DNA of 64,000 nucleotides, taken from Eledone cirrhosa (Eukaryota). Positions 11,947 to 26,993 of the stretch are shown here, piece by piece. Where the stretch lies: positions 24,614,001-24,678,000 of the forward strand of contig OZ024758.1 of assembly GCA_964016885.1 (NCBI GenBank), given 5' to 3'. The position numbers and the translations under genes are program-made. A model generated the notes under the pieces. That model was not told where the DNA came from. It did not search any database and saw only the letters and a list, made by a program, of their open reading frames with translations. Positions within the stretch are counted from its first letter, which is position 1. Every line of letters starts with the position of its first letter.

Positions 11947-13742
11947 CTATGCTAAAAGGAGTGAAAGAACTCTTTGGTGGTGTCAAAGGCTCAACTACCT
12001 TGGTAATATTGTCTGACCATTACTCAGAAGCTGGCTACTGAGCTGCAGCTCATCTACCTTTATGACAAGGATGAAGCTCTTGACCACTTGAAAGGTCGTT
12101 ACCAAGGTGACTAAGGAGTTTCATCTACTCTGGGTTTGAAATAAGACTTATCCTTCAAGACAGACAGCTAACCAATGTCAAGGAGCTCTGCCTACCACTT
12201 TAATGAGAAAGTTATATTACTGAATCCATCCAATTTGTTTTATTATTTTCAAAATCATAGGCAATGTCTTTCATTTTTCTTATTTACTGTCTGCTGACTC
12301 TCTGGAGTTATTCTGCCCTTTGTCAGGTTTTGTTTTTATCCCGCAGGGTGTCCACAAATCACCCTGTTCATCAAGCAAGTTTGATGGGGTTGCCAGTTTA
12401 GTCACAGACAGTCTGACCATGTGACAAGTTCTACTGGGCTATATGTTACCAGTAGAACCTGAGAGTGACCTGACATTAAACTTATCTTAGAATTTTTAAT
12501 AAACACTGTGCCAAGCACAGACATACTTTGTATCTGCGTGTGAGTGCATGTGTGTATGTGTACATGTGTGTGAGTGTATATGTGTACATGTGTGTGTGTG
12601 TAAATTCACAATCATAATCATTGACTTTATTAGATGTTTGAACTATATTTTTGTCTCACAGCATACTGTAGTTACTAAAATATGGTGGTGTTAACATTAT
12701 AAGCAGGGAACATAGAACTTACTACACATGCACCTTTGATGAGATGTAGTGCACCTGAGCACTGTACACAATAATTTTCATTATTATTATTTCATTATCA
12801 TTTTATAGAGCGGTGGATTGGCAGTATCGGTGGCGGGTCAGACAACATGCTTTTCAGGATAGAGTTACGGTCCTTTACGTTCTGAGTTTAAATCCCGCCG
12901 AGGTTAATTTTGCCTTTCATCCTTACGGGGTCGATAAAATAAAGTAGCAGTAATGCACTGGAGTAATTGCTGGCCTTGTGCCAAAAGTAGAAACAATTAT
13001 TATTTTATAAAATAATATATGAGACATGTTCAACTAACAGTATATTATGTTTACAAAATGTGTAAATAAATTTAGCCAAAAGTCTGTCTCAAGCCCAGAG
13101 GATCATCAGTGGTTATTCCATTTGGGTGAAGCAACTGAGAGTACAAGACTTCCTCCTTGGACAGGATGCCAGTCCACTGCAGGGTTAAACCCCCAGGTGT
13201 TACTGGTGCTTATTTTCAGCTGAATATACTGCAGCAATGTGAAATGAAGTGTTTTGCTGAAGAACACAACACACAATCCAGTCCAAGAATCAAACCCACT
13301 AGGCCACATGCCTCCACTAAATATATTTAGGGCAGACAATTATCAGTTTCAGATAAAAATAAGAACTAGATATTATGTTCTAGGCTAGACAAGTGCTAGT
13401 TGTAGTGACTGCTGTCTTTAAATGTTATAACATTTTTTATTGTCACTGGATAATGTAGTCCTAGATACACTGTGTATGAAAAGAATTGATAGGTAGGTTA
13501 TTGTTGAAATGCCTTTGATCTTTTGGATAGAAGACCTAATCCATTATCTAGTTTAATACCATCACCTAGACCTTGGGGTTACTTTAGTCCTTTCATTATT
13601 ATATTTCTAATTATCCCAGTGTATTACAAGTACTTTATTTTACCTTACGGGGTCGATAAAATAAAGTACCAGTAAAACACTGGGATAATTGCTGGCCTTG
13701 TGCCAAAAGTAGAAACAATTATTATATTTCTAATGAAATACA

Positions 13743-14020
<278 letters not shown>

Positions 14021-17000
14021 GACGTCTATTTTCCATGTCTACAGGTAAGATAAGCTGTCTCGTTTATGAGGCTAAACAGATCAGGTGATCATCTCGTGCT
14101 CAATACCTTGTGTTGTTTATCCTATTTCTCTGTCCTCTGAGTTCAAATTCTACTTAGGTCAATTCTGCTTTTTATATTTTCAGGGTCAATAAAATAAAAT
14201 AAAATATCAATCCAGGGCAATGGAGTCATCGAGGTGTATTTACTCTCGCTCTTTGGAGGACAAATTTAATCCATTACCCAGTTTAACAACACCACCAGGT
14301 CCTTGGATACCTTTAGCATACTTAACTCTGTTGTAAGCATTTGGGCCAGGTCTTTAGAACGAGGACAAGTTTCTCCCTTTCTTCTACCAGTTTCAGAGTT
14401 TCTGCAGAAAAATAGGCACACTACATCTAATTCCTCTTATCTTTTCTCTCAGCTGACCCATGCTTCATTCATCGAAGCAAGCTTGCTTTATTTCACATAA
14501 TCTCTGCATTCACTACCCATGTCTCCCTACCATGCAACATCTCACATCACATATAGGCATCATACAGCCAGCTTCTTGTTCATAGAGAGTAATTTTTTGT
14601 TGTCAACAGAAGCAGTTGCTCCCAGAACTTTTCCCATCTTGTTCTTATTCTGACTACTATGTCACTTATTCCACTGTGAATTAGGATACCTAGGTAACAG
14701 AAGCTAACAACTACTTCTATTGATCATCATCATCATCGTCATTTAACGTCCACTTTCCATGCTAACATGGGTTAGACGGGTTGTCCTATTTGAGGCAGGT
14801 TGGGTCAAGTGACCATATCCTGCTCATACAGAACTGTTTCTGACTAGGTTTCTACGGCTGGATGACCTTCCTAACGCCAACCACATTTACAGTGTGTGCT
14901 GGGTGCACTTTGCCGTGACACCTATACGACCACATTACAGCGTGGGTTTGGGTGGTTTTTGTTGTGACACCTACTTGACCACTATGGTGTGGACTGGGTG
15001 GTTGTTGTGACACCTACATGACCACTTTACAGTTTCTTTTTGTGATACCAACATAACTTTAGAGTGCAAGTGTGGTGTTGATATCAAATAAGTAGCCAAT
15101 CTGTAAGTGTTGGTTAAGAAGATGTTACACCTAGGTATCTTCCAGATAAGGAGATAACAAGTTGATATCTGTTGCATAAACAAAACCTATAGATATTAAT
15201 ATAAATAAAAAATTGGCAGTATCGGTAGAGAGTTGGACGCCATGCTTTCTAGCATAGTTACGTCCCTTTACGGTCTGAGTTCAAATCCCACCAAGGTTAA
15301 CTTTGCCTTTCATCCTTACGGGGTCGATAAAATAAAGTACCAGTAATGTACTAGGTATTTGCTGGCCTTGTGCCTTAAGTAGAAACAATTAATATAAATA
15401 AAAGATATGCAAACAATAATTATAATTATTGATTAGATAAATGCAATTTAAAGGAGACTGAAGAGCGAAGAAACAACCTGTAAATGTTATCTTCCTCTTC
15501 TTTGTAGCTCCATAAGACAGTGAGGGTTCTCAGTCAGAGACAAAGGTGAACAACCCGCTAAAGGTTGATGCTATCATAAAAAGTACCCAGTACACTTTGT
15601 TAAGCGGTTGGTGTTAGAAAGGGCTTCCAGATGTAGAGCCCATGCCAAAAAGGCTTGAGATGGTGCTTCATTTACAACACAACAACCTCTCTAGTGCTGG
15701 TGCCATGAAAAATACACCCAGTACACTCTGTAAGGTGATTGTTGATAGAACAGGCATCCAGCTGTAGAAACCATGTCAGGGACATGAGAAACTCTTTTGT
15801 GTTGGTGACACAATAAAATGCACCCAGTACACTCTGTAAAGTGGTTGTTGATAGCTTAGGCATCTAGCTGTAAAAAGCATGTAAAACAGGACTCTACAGT
15901 TGTGTCAAGGGCCTGACAAACTCTTTAGTGCTGGTAACACAATAAAACGCACCCAGTACACTCTGTAAAGTGGTTGGTGATAGAAAGAGCATCCTGTCAT
16001 AGAAAACTTACCAAACAAAGAATCAAGATGATTCTTCACTTTTGTGAAAGACATAACAACCTTCCAAGTGTTAGGCCACAATATAATTCACATGGCGTAC
16101 TCCGTAGATGTTACTGAGATGCAGACTCTGGTCCATCTGAGAGATCAGGAACTTTCATTAAATGTTGACTAAGTCTGTGAAGACCTGTTCAACTCTTGCT
16201 AGCAGGGAAAATGGATGTTAAATGATGATGTTGATGATGATGATGATGAAGACGAAGTATTCTACCTCAGCCATATTGTTGATACTCATGGTCCTTCTTA
16301 GTACTGCTAATCGAGAATATGCTTTTCTGAAGAGATCTAATTGGACAGAAACATGTCTTTTGCTTTCACATGTTGCCTTAACAGACTAGATCCACTTCAA
16401 TATACATCGTCTATGTCCAAAATTTCCGATTAACTGACCTTATTGGAGTTATCTCCCTTACTTCTTATTTTAGATTTAATACAACCCTTTATATGAAGTT
16501 CTGTCCACTAGCTGTTTGGATAATTTCAGTTGATCGATGTTTTTTTATCTCACAATATTACAACTATAAGACCCTAGGATGCTTCCCCTATATATTTTCC
16601 CCGTAATCATATTTTTACAATAATATATTTTTTATCTTAGTACCAGTAATGTACTGCGTAATTGCTGGCCTTATGCAAAAGTAGAACCAATTATTATTAT
16701 TATTAATTGCTGGCCTTGTGCCAAAAGTAGAAACAATTATTATTATTATTATTGAGTTCAAATCCCGCCGAGGTCAACTTTACCTTTCATCCTTACGGGG
16801 TCGGTAAAATAAAGTACCAGTAATGCACTGTGATAATTGCTGGCCTCGTGCTAAAAGTAGAAACAATTATTATTTTGCAGTATATTTTAAACTTGATTTA
16901 TTAGTTTTAAAAATAAAGATATACTTAAAGTTTGAAAGATATTTCGTTGGGGGGAAAGAAGATCAGAAAATATGGTATACGTAACTACATGAAGCTAAAT

Positions 17001-17099
17001 ATTTAAACTGCGTAAAAAGTAGGTTTCTGCAGACGTAACTGAGCGATTAAAAGCGTTGCTCCGTATACGCGGCTGTCGCTAGAGCTTGACCTTCACACA

Positions 17100-17135
17100 A
17101 TGATATCTGTACGCAGTCTTTCTCGAATTATTCAG
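17100..17135 (+). CDS. DLD: DLD exon 1 (mitochondrial presequence start)
   Basis: ATG...CAG|gtaagt; MISVRSLSRIIQ is Arg/Ser-rich with no acidic residues; lies in a CpG-enriched patch; phase 0 fits exon 2. Confidence 0.75.
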
Positions 17136-17540
17136 GTAAGTTGTTTTCTATTTCATAGGGATTTATTATTTACATTTAAGTTACGCTTGATTGTATCATC
17201 TACCTCATGCCACACGCGAATATTTTAATTATTAGCGAAAACCACTACAATATCTAGTTCAACTCCAGTTTCTCGCACCTTGTTGATTGTTCATTTTGAA
17301 ATCATATAACCCCGTTTTGTAATAAGTCTAATATTAAAATGACTCATTACATAATATATTTGGAATCAAACAGAGACAAATGATTGTCTATTCTGTTACG
17401 TTTCCTTTTCATAATACATCAAAAGCGGAGATTTGATCGACCAGGAATAAGTTAGGGGCTGAATGACAACAAACTAACACGTGAAATACATATCGAGACG
17501 TTTCGCTATCAGTTTATATAATATATACGATGATGGTGAT

Positions 17541-17574
<34 letters not shown>

Positions 17575-19075
17575 ATAATTGTTTCTACTTTTTGGCACAA
17601 GGCCAGCAAATACTCAGTACATTACTGGTACTTTATTTTATCGACCCCGTAAGGATGAAAGGCAAAGTTAACCTCGGCTTATATAATAATAATAATAATA
17701 ATAAATTTGAAGACTAAAATCCAAAAGGGCTCGATAAGGATAAATATATAGCAACTGTAGAGGTTCAGAAGATCCGGTTAAGGGTGAAAGCAGCGATTCT
17801 TTGCTTAAACTTTAATCTGTTATTTTAATAAATATATATTTATATATATATATAGTGTGTGTGTGGTCTCTGTACATGCTTGCACATATTGACAACAAGT
17901 CTTAGCAATCTTTTTATCAAATATTTAATAAATGTATCCTAGCTACTCACATCTAAATTAAAATCCCTGCTACACCCTCAAACGTTATAATTTAGGCAGC
18001 CCTATTTTAACAATTTCTCTTTATGACAAGACAAAATTAAAAATGCTGTCTTATCATACATAAACCATTCAATAATTCGACTTCTTATGACCTTGCGTGC
18101 TACCCTTTCATTTTTTAAATGGTGTTTTAATCTGTCCCTGCCCTCATGTGTGTGGGGATGTTTATCTTCATCCTTTCTAGCTCCATTTCTTCTATCTATT
18201 CATCTATTCCCTTACTGCTATATATATATTTTTAATGCAATGAAATACCTATGACCGTTGGTAAATCACTGATGAAGGACTCATTTTATAACATGTTATC
18301 CATGTGCAACCATGCAGTATTCTTCTCCCCATTTTTTCCTATATATATATATATATATATATATATCTTCGATGTTTTTCGTTTTTGTTTCTCTCTTTCT
18401 CTTTCTTACTGATGCTTATATCACACCTGTTCGTCTCTTTCTCTTTGATTTTCGCCTCTGTTCCTCCTCTCTCCAACATTTTTATGACATTGAAGACACT
18501 TCTATGTCATGTGAAGCATCATCGATATTTTTCAAAGTTCAAATCCTACCGAAGTTAACTTTTCCTTTCACCCTCATCACGGGGTCGGCAAAATAAAGTA
18601 CCAGTAACGCACTGAGGTCGATTCAATCGACTTTCCCTTCCCCAAAATTATTGGCCTTGTGCCTAAACCAGAAACCAATATTTTTCTCATTTTCACTTTG
18701 CTTCCATAACTGAGAGAAAGATACTAGATCATTTCATATCGTTCTCAATGGCGTTAGTGATGCAATATCCCAGTTTGGTTGATCGGTGTTTGCAATGCCT
18801 ACCTTGTGTTTGTAATGCTGTAGTTATTATCTAAACACATGTTCGTATGTCTTGTAATGTCACACCTGAGAATAAAGTTGTCTAATTTAAGCACATGGCC
18901 ACATGTTGATAAAGAGAGGTTAAATTCCACCACTTCGGCCAGTATCTACTGGAATTAAAAGAAAGGCGTAGTATAAATTATAAACGTGGATTTTCGTGTC
19001 CTCCTTGTCGGCGAGAATTACGGGGCACAAACTTAGAACGCCTAAATCTACTTCAAATAACTTAACGTAAATTAG

Positions 19076-19108
<33 letters not shown>

Positions 19109-19133
19109 GTGTATGTATATATATATAAATATA

Positions 19134-19249
<116 letters not shown>

Positions 19250-19401
19250 ATCAAAATGGATGCAGTAAAAACCTGTTAGACCATTACTCACCAGAATACT
19301 CGATACTTGTGGTAGTAGAGTGTGGTAATATGAAAGAGCGGGGGACCCCGACTGCTGAGCTCTTGCTGTTGAAACGGTAAGACCGCAGCAGCCGACTCTT
19401 T

Positions 19402-20356
19402 CATACATATGTATATACATACGTATATACATACATATTTACATATATTACACACATATTTACATATATTACATACATTACATGCATACATATTTACATA
19501 TATTACATACATTACATGCATACATACATACATACATACATATTTACATATATTACATACATTACATGCATACATACATATGTATATACATAGATATTTA
19601 CATATATTACATACATACATGCATACATATTTACATATATTACATGCATATTTACATATATTACATACATTACATGCATACATACATACATACATACATA
19701 TTTACATATATTACATACATTACATGCATACATTACATGCATACATACATACATATGTATATACATACATATTTACATATATTACATACATTATATGCAT
19801 ACATACATACATATGTATATACATACAGTATCCAAGATACACCTTTAGCTTCATACCCATCATTATTGGAGCTACGGGTTATATACCAACCCGCTTGGAC
19901 CAAAGTATGACTGAACTTGGATTTGCGGACAAAGAGCGCAGCTCCCTAATTCATGGTCTACAAATGGCTGCGATAGCTGGCACCTTAAAAATTTGCAAAA
20001 CATTCTTGGGATTCAAGGGATGACAATTTCTTTTCTTTTACAACCTTGCCACCAGGAAGGTGGCCGGTCAAAAAAAATATACTCGAAATTAAGAGAAAGA
20101 GATAATTTACATATATTACATACATTACATGCATAGATACATATTTACATATATTACATGCATACATACATATATTACATACATTACATACATACATACA
20201 TACATACATGTGTATATATATACATATTTACATATATTACATACATTACATGCATACATATATACATATGTATATACATACATATTTACATATATTACAT
20301 ACACTACATGCATACATATATACATATATTACATACATTACATACATACATACATT
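19402..20356. repeat. TACA/TACATAT-based compound satellite, interrupted at 19828-20103
   Basis: Repeating TTTACATATATTACATACATTACATGCATACATA modules. Confidence 0.9.
19828..20103 (+). mobile_element. 3' end of a restriction-like-endonuclease non-LTR retrotransposon (R4/Dong/Hero-like)
   Basis: YPRYTFSFIPIIIGATGYIP...LG...LQMAAIAGTLKICKTFL* plus short 3' UTR; a related PIIIGALG...IQKIAQLGTAH fragment lies at about 55970-56112. Confidence 0.7.
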
Positions 20357-23300
20357 TTATTTCTTGATGTTTCGGTGTGCCTTTCTAGTGTAAGACGATA
20401 CAAAACAAACAGCTGTTAAAAATACACGGATATTTATATTTCCAAACGATGTTTTTCGGAAGGCTGAGAAACATTCATTACAGTTACTAGCAGAAAAACT
20501 ACCCTTCGGGTGGTTTTTCTGCTAGCATGTGTAGTGTGTATATTGATATTATACGCAGGTATACATACATGTAGATATGATACATCAAATAAAATCGTAA
20601 GTGACAATATATAATACACAGAAATTGAACGAAGACGTTGTTACACTGTCTTATGTAATCAGTAACGTAATCCATGATACATTAAAAAAGACGATATTAT
20701 ATATAAACTGCATTAGGAGAAAATTAGTGACAGAAAATTAGTATGTTTATTTAAGCGATGGCCAACCGGAAGTGTTGACATTTCAGAAATTTTAAAGAAC
20801 TGAATCTTTAAATAAACAAAATATATTTAATCAACAGCCACGAAATTTAGTAGATAAATTATGTAATATTCATTCATTATTTATTCAAAGTGATCCAACT
20901 TATTTTATTAATGGGATAAAAAAAATTATAAACCGTACGCAATCCCGCGCTCCTTATTTTATTATAGTTTAGATTTATCCTATTTACAAAACAAGTGTAC
21001 ATCTCATCGTATAAATATTATCCTCTATAAACATCTAACATCGTTTTTATCCTGATACATGAGTTGCCATTTTCTGTGTCACAGATTTAATTGGAACTGT
21101 AGTGTTTTGGCATTTGCTATTCTCTCTAGTGCTAATAATCTTTCCTAGATAGATATATATAAACCCTGATTTGTTGGCATGTGGTTTGTATTCTTAAACA
21201 CATTAACAAGTCTGACTACACTCCTAGTATTAGGGTCTCTGGAAGAATCAGGGGAAGTAATCGCGGTTAAACCAGTTTTTAAAACTGCTAAAATAGACTT
21301 AATTTAATTACAATGAAGGCGTGTGGGTCAGTGTTGACTTCACAGTTTGATTCCTGGATGGTGTGGAACATATAGCTTAGGGGAGCCTACCTCCTCCTCT
21401 ATCAATACCAGGATTTCACCTGCAATGTCAGTTTTAAAGTCACTAGTTAATAATATAAAGGAATTTCAGTGTCTTAATCCACTACTAGCAGTTAATTGTA
21501 TCCTCTTGTGGATTGAACCATAGAAAATGTCAGGAACACAGTATACTGCCAGTGATAGGGTGTGTAGTGTCTGTCTTTTGGCCAACTGAATCTCTCATTC
21601 TACTACAAATGTCTTATGAAGTAGATTCTTTACTCTCAGTGAGACTTAGACTTATAAGTTACTGCGTTTTGAGATGCATGAGGTAGCCAAAGTGCTCTAG
21701 TGACCACGGTCAGTTGCATCTATCAAGCCAAAATCAGTTCTGTGTGAGCGAATCACGGTCCTCTGACCTGATCTCTCACAAAGGGACATCCCATACTAGC
21801 GTGGAAGATGGACATTAAACGATGATCATGATGATGATGAATACATCATTCCAACTTTTATTGACACATTTCAGGTCTCTGTTGATCTTAGGGTGCCTCT
21901 GTTGATTTGCCTGTTCATCTTAGGGTGTCCTCTTTGCCTCTTTCTATGGAGGTACCAATACAGGACTTGATTAGCATGTTTCTCACTTGAGTTGTGTGAC
22001 ATGCCCCAACCAAGTCGATGTTTGCACAACATGTTAGACTTTCAGTTTATTCTGCATTGTGCTCTTAACAAAAAAAATGTTAATTCTATTTATGTAAATA
22101 TTTAAAATATTATTTGTGACTATTTTAAAAAAAATTAAATTTATTTTTGTCTAGTTGAACTTACATTACTCATTATACACTATTGTATTTTTGTGGTAAA
22201 AGCTTTATTTCACATATCGAATCTATGAGATTTTGATGTTATTTATTTTGAGAGCAATACCTAAACATCAGTATGAGTGGCTGGTTATAGCTGGTTTGAA
22301 CAGAATGAGGTGAGAGAATTCTGGCCGGATATGGCCGGTTTAAATGCTACATTTACGTTACTCTATATATACTATTGTATTTTCATAGTAAAGACTTTAT
22401 CTCACATAATATCGAATCTATGAAATTTTGATATTATTTATTTTGAGAACAATACTTTAACATCAGTATGAACAGCCAGTTTGAACAGAAAGAGGTGAGA
22501 GAATTCTGGCCGGATACAGTCGGTTTAAATGTTAAATGGTTAATGGCATTCTTCCCACCGTTATCTTTATTTAGAAGAATTGTATTCCCGACACCAATCA
22601 ATTTTGGTAATAGTTGTTTAATTAAGTCCACAAAAAATTGGAGTCCAGCTACTCAACTGAGGTGGGAGCTAACTGATTTTTATGTAATTTGAGTGTTATG
22701 TAATGTCAGTTAATTACATAAGTTAACATGACTTCTTGTAGTTTAATCTCTCAAAGAATTGGAATAGTTTTTTTTTAAATAATTGTTTCTACTTTAGGCA
22801 CAAGGCCAGCAATTACCCAGTGCATTACTGGTAATTTATTTTATCGACCCATTAAGGATGAAAGGCAAAGTCAACCTCAGCAGGATTTGAACTCAGATCG
22901 TAAAGGGACGTAACTATGCTGGAAAGCATGGTGTCCGACCCTCTACCGATACTGCCAATCCAACGCCAGTTTTTTTTTAAAATAATGATTTCTGATTTAG
23001 GCACAAGGCCAGGAATTATGGGGGAGGGGAAAGTCGATTAAATCGAACCCAGTGCATTACTGGTACTTTATTTTATTGACTCTGTAAGGATGAAAGGCAA
23101 AGCAGGATTTGAACTCGGTACATAAAGAGCCATAACTCTCTGCCACAAAGCATGGTGTCGGACATTCTACCAATACTGACAGTTCTCTGCCTTTTTTCTT
23201 TTTAAATAATTGTTTCTACTTTTGGCACAAGGCCAGAGATGGTGCCATTTCTGTGGTTGTATTTCAACTTCTACAATTTATGGAACCCAATTTTTCATAG

Positions 23301-23897
23301 TTCTGGATTGCCTTTTTTTTTTAATTATTATTTTTTAATCCAGGGTGGAAGGTTTGACCTATTATCCCCAAAAGACAAGGCCTCTTTCAGTAAAGATATT
23401 GTAGAGAAGACATTAGTTCAGATTGCTGGCATTCTTTAATAAAATAGGAGGTGCATTATTTCAAATATAAAGCATTTAATAGATTGTTTTTATTATATGT
23501 ATTCATGTAAAGTGGTTGTGCAGGTGTGTCACGATAAAAAGTACCCAGTCCACACTGTAAAGTGGTCATGTAGGCGTCACAACAAAAAGCACCCAGTACT
23601 CACTGTAAATGAGGTTGGCACTAGGAAGGGCATCCTGCTGTAGAAACCAAGCCAAAATCGGTTCTGTTTGAGCGTGATATGATCACCTGGCCTGGCATTG
23701 CTCACAGCAGGATAACATGTCTAACCCATGCCAGCATGGAAAAGTGGACGTTAAATGGTGGTGATGATGATGTATTTAATAAAAATTTGTAACTGAAAAA
23801 CTTCATAAAGTTGTGACTTAAGATGAAAGATTTCACTGAGATGAACAAAGTGATGTAATTAGAATAAGAACTGTTTCTTGTTACTTTGTCTTTACAG

Positions 23898-23976
23898 AAT
23901 GGAAATTTTACTGGCCAGGTGGGGAAATACCAGGCAATTATTCAACAGGTTGCCTGCAGAAAATACTCTGCTGGGG
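23898..23976 (+). CDS. DLD: DLD exon 2
   Basis: tttacag|AAT...GGG G|gtttgt, 79 nt; ...QQVACRKYSAG carries an R-x-Y-S presequence cleavage-like motif. Confidence 0.78.
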
Positions 23977-24767
23977 GTTTGTATAAGGCTTTTTATTAAC
24001 TATCCTGTGAGAAAATGGTAGATTGCTTGATTTGTAGAGATCATTATGTATTGTCTATGATTTCTCTTGGAAAAGAGTACTAGTTTCTTATTAAGTAAAT
24101 TATGAAACATAAATAATTGTTTCTACTTTAGGCACAAGGCCAGCAAATACCCAGTGCATTACTGGTACTTTATTTTATCAACCCCGTAAGGATGAAAGGC
24201 AAAGTCAACCTCAGCGGGATTTGAACTCAGATCGTAAAGGGACGTAACTATGCTAGAAAGCATGGCGTCCGACCCTCTACCGATACTGCCAATCCACCAC
24301 CCTTATTATGAAACATAAATAATGTCTGTGTGTAGAAGATCAGAGTTGTTATCCAGTTTTGTTGCTGCGTCATTGTCATCAACTTATGATCCTGCTAATC
24401 AGAGAGGGATGCCATCATTGTTTAATGTCCATCTTCCACGCTAGCATGGGTTAGACGGGAGTTGTCCCACTTGAGGCAAGGTTGGTCGGGTGACCGTGTC
24501 TCGCTCATATAGGACTATCTGGCAGGTTTTCTACAGCTGGATGTCCTTCCTAAGACCAACCACATTTACAGTGTGGAACTGGGAACTTTTTACCGTGTTA
24601 CCTACACAGCCACATTACAGCGTGGACTGTGTTTTTTTTGTCGTGACACCTACACGGCCACATTACTGCGTGGACTGTGTGTTTTTTTTTGTTGTGACAC
24701 CTACACGGCCACATTACAGTGTGGACTGTGTTTTTTTTTTCTTGTGACACCTACACGGCCACATTAG

Positions 24768-25166
<399 letters not shown>

Positions 25167-25223
25167 TAATTAGTGTGTTGATTCAGAGCATGATTTACCA
25201 GTCTAGTACTGGGGATGATTCTT

Positions 25224-25870
25224 CCTCTCTATCTCTTTCTCACTTCTTTCTCTCTCACTCTCTCTATCTCTTTCTCACTTCTTTCTCTCTCACTCTCTCT
25301 ATCTCTTTCTCACTTCTTTCTCTCTCACTCTCTCTATCTCTTTCTCACTTCTTTCTCTCACACTCTCTATCTCTTTCTCACTTCTTTCTCTCACTCTCTC
25401 TATCTCTTTCTCACTTCTTTCTCTCACACTCTCTATCTCTTTCTCACTTCTTTCTCTCACACTCTCTATCTCTTTCTCACTTCTTTCTCTCACTCTCTCT
25501 ATCTCTTTCTCACTTCTTTCTCTCACACTCTCTATCTCTTTCTCACTTCTTTCTCTCACACTCTCTATCTCTTTCTCACTTCTTTCTCTTTCACTCTCTC
25601 TATCTCTTTCTCACTTCTTTCTCTCACACTCTCTATCTCTTTCTCACTTCTTTCTCTCACACTCTCTATCTCTTTCTCACTTCTTTCTCTCACACTCTCT
25701 ATCTCTTTCTCACTTCTTTCTCTCACTCTCTCTATCTCTTTCTCACTTCTTTCTCTCACTCTCTCTATCTCTTTCTCACTTCTTTCTCTCACACTCTCTA
25801 TCTCTTTCTCACTTCTTTCTCTCACTCTCTCTCTATCTCTTTCTCACTTCTTTCTCTCACACTCTCTCTA
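25224..25870. repeat. 33-bp pyrimidine-rich minisatellite in DLD intron 3
   Basis: Unit TCTCTATCTCTTTCTCACTTCTTTCTCTCACAC, about 19-20 copies. Confidence 0.95.
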
Positions 25871-26813
25871 TCCTTCTCTGGAAGATATCTGCAGTATTCA
25901 GACCTGGAGAGGAGATGAGCTCTGACAGGATTAAAATACCCTAGAAATACTGTATGTCAGTACAGCACCCCTACAACTCCCTCAGGAATTAATACTTCCA
26001 TATAACATATAAGATATCTGTATGATTTAACTCTTTAGTATTTATTTTACTATTATATTTTCATAGTAAAGGCTTTATCTCACATAATATAGAATCTACA
26101 ATATTTTGATGATGATGTTATTTATTTTAAGAACAATACCTTAACCCTTTAGCATTTAAACCAGCCAGAATTCTCTTACCTCTTTCTGTTCGAACTGGCT
26201 GTGATTGGCCGCTCATACTGATGTTAAGGTATTGTTCTCAAAATACATAATATCAAAATCTCATAGATTCAATATTAAATAAGGTATTATGTGAAGTAAA
26301 GACTTTACCGTGAAAATACAATAGTATATATAGAATAACGTAAATGCTAAAGGGTTAATGTCAGTATGAGTGGCTGGTTACAGCCAGTTTGAACTGAAAG
26401 AGGTGAGATAATTCTGGCTGGATATGGCCGGTTTAACCCTTTAGCATTCACATTATTCTATATATACTATTATATTTTCATAATAAATGCTTTATCTCAC
26501 ATAATATCGAATCTATGAGATTTTGAAAGAATTTATTTTGAGAACAATACCTTAACATCAGTTTGAGCGACCAGTTACAGCCAGTTTCAACAGAAAAAGG
26601 TAGAGAATTCTGGCTGGTTTGAATATTAAAGGGTTAAATGCTAAAGGGTTATGATGCCAGAGCTTCTAAGTCTAAGTCTCACCGAGAGCAAACAATCTAC
26701 TCCATAAGTAGTGAGAGAATTCTGGCCAGATACAGCTAGTGTAAATGCTAAAGGGTTAAGGAGCTGGAATACTGACTAATACTCTACTCTTGTACATACA
26801 TCTATTCAATTAA

Positions 26814-26993
<180 letters not shown>

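Noticed and set aside
16322-16365. Hammerhead-like CTGAAGA...GAAACATGTC
   Set aside because: Stem I does not pair and stem II is broken; at best a decayed relic
18262-18320. Hammerhead-like CTGATGAAGGA...TCC
   Set aside because: GAAA is replaced by GCAA and the stems are poor; not supportable as functional
18920-19065. Possible decayed Penelope GIY-YIG C-terminus (NSTT...W.LKE...CPPC..E)
   Set aside because: Needs frameshifts and the similarity is too weak to call without a profile search
25175-25925. 247 aa and 236 aa ORFs
   Set aside because: 33-bp CT-rich minisatellite with no stops by composition
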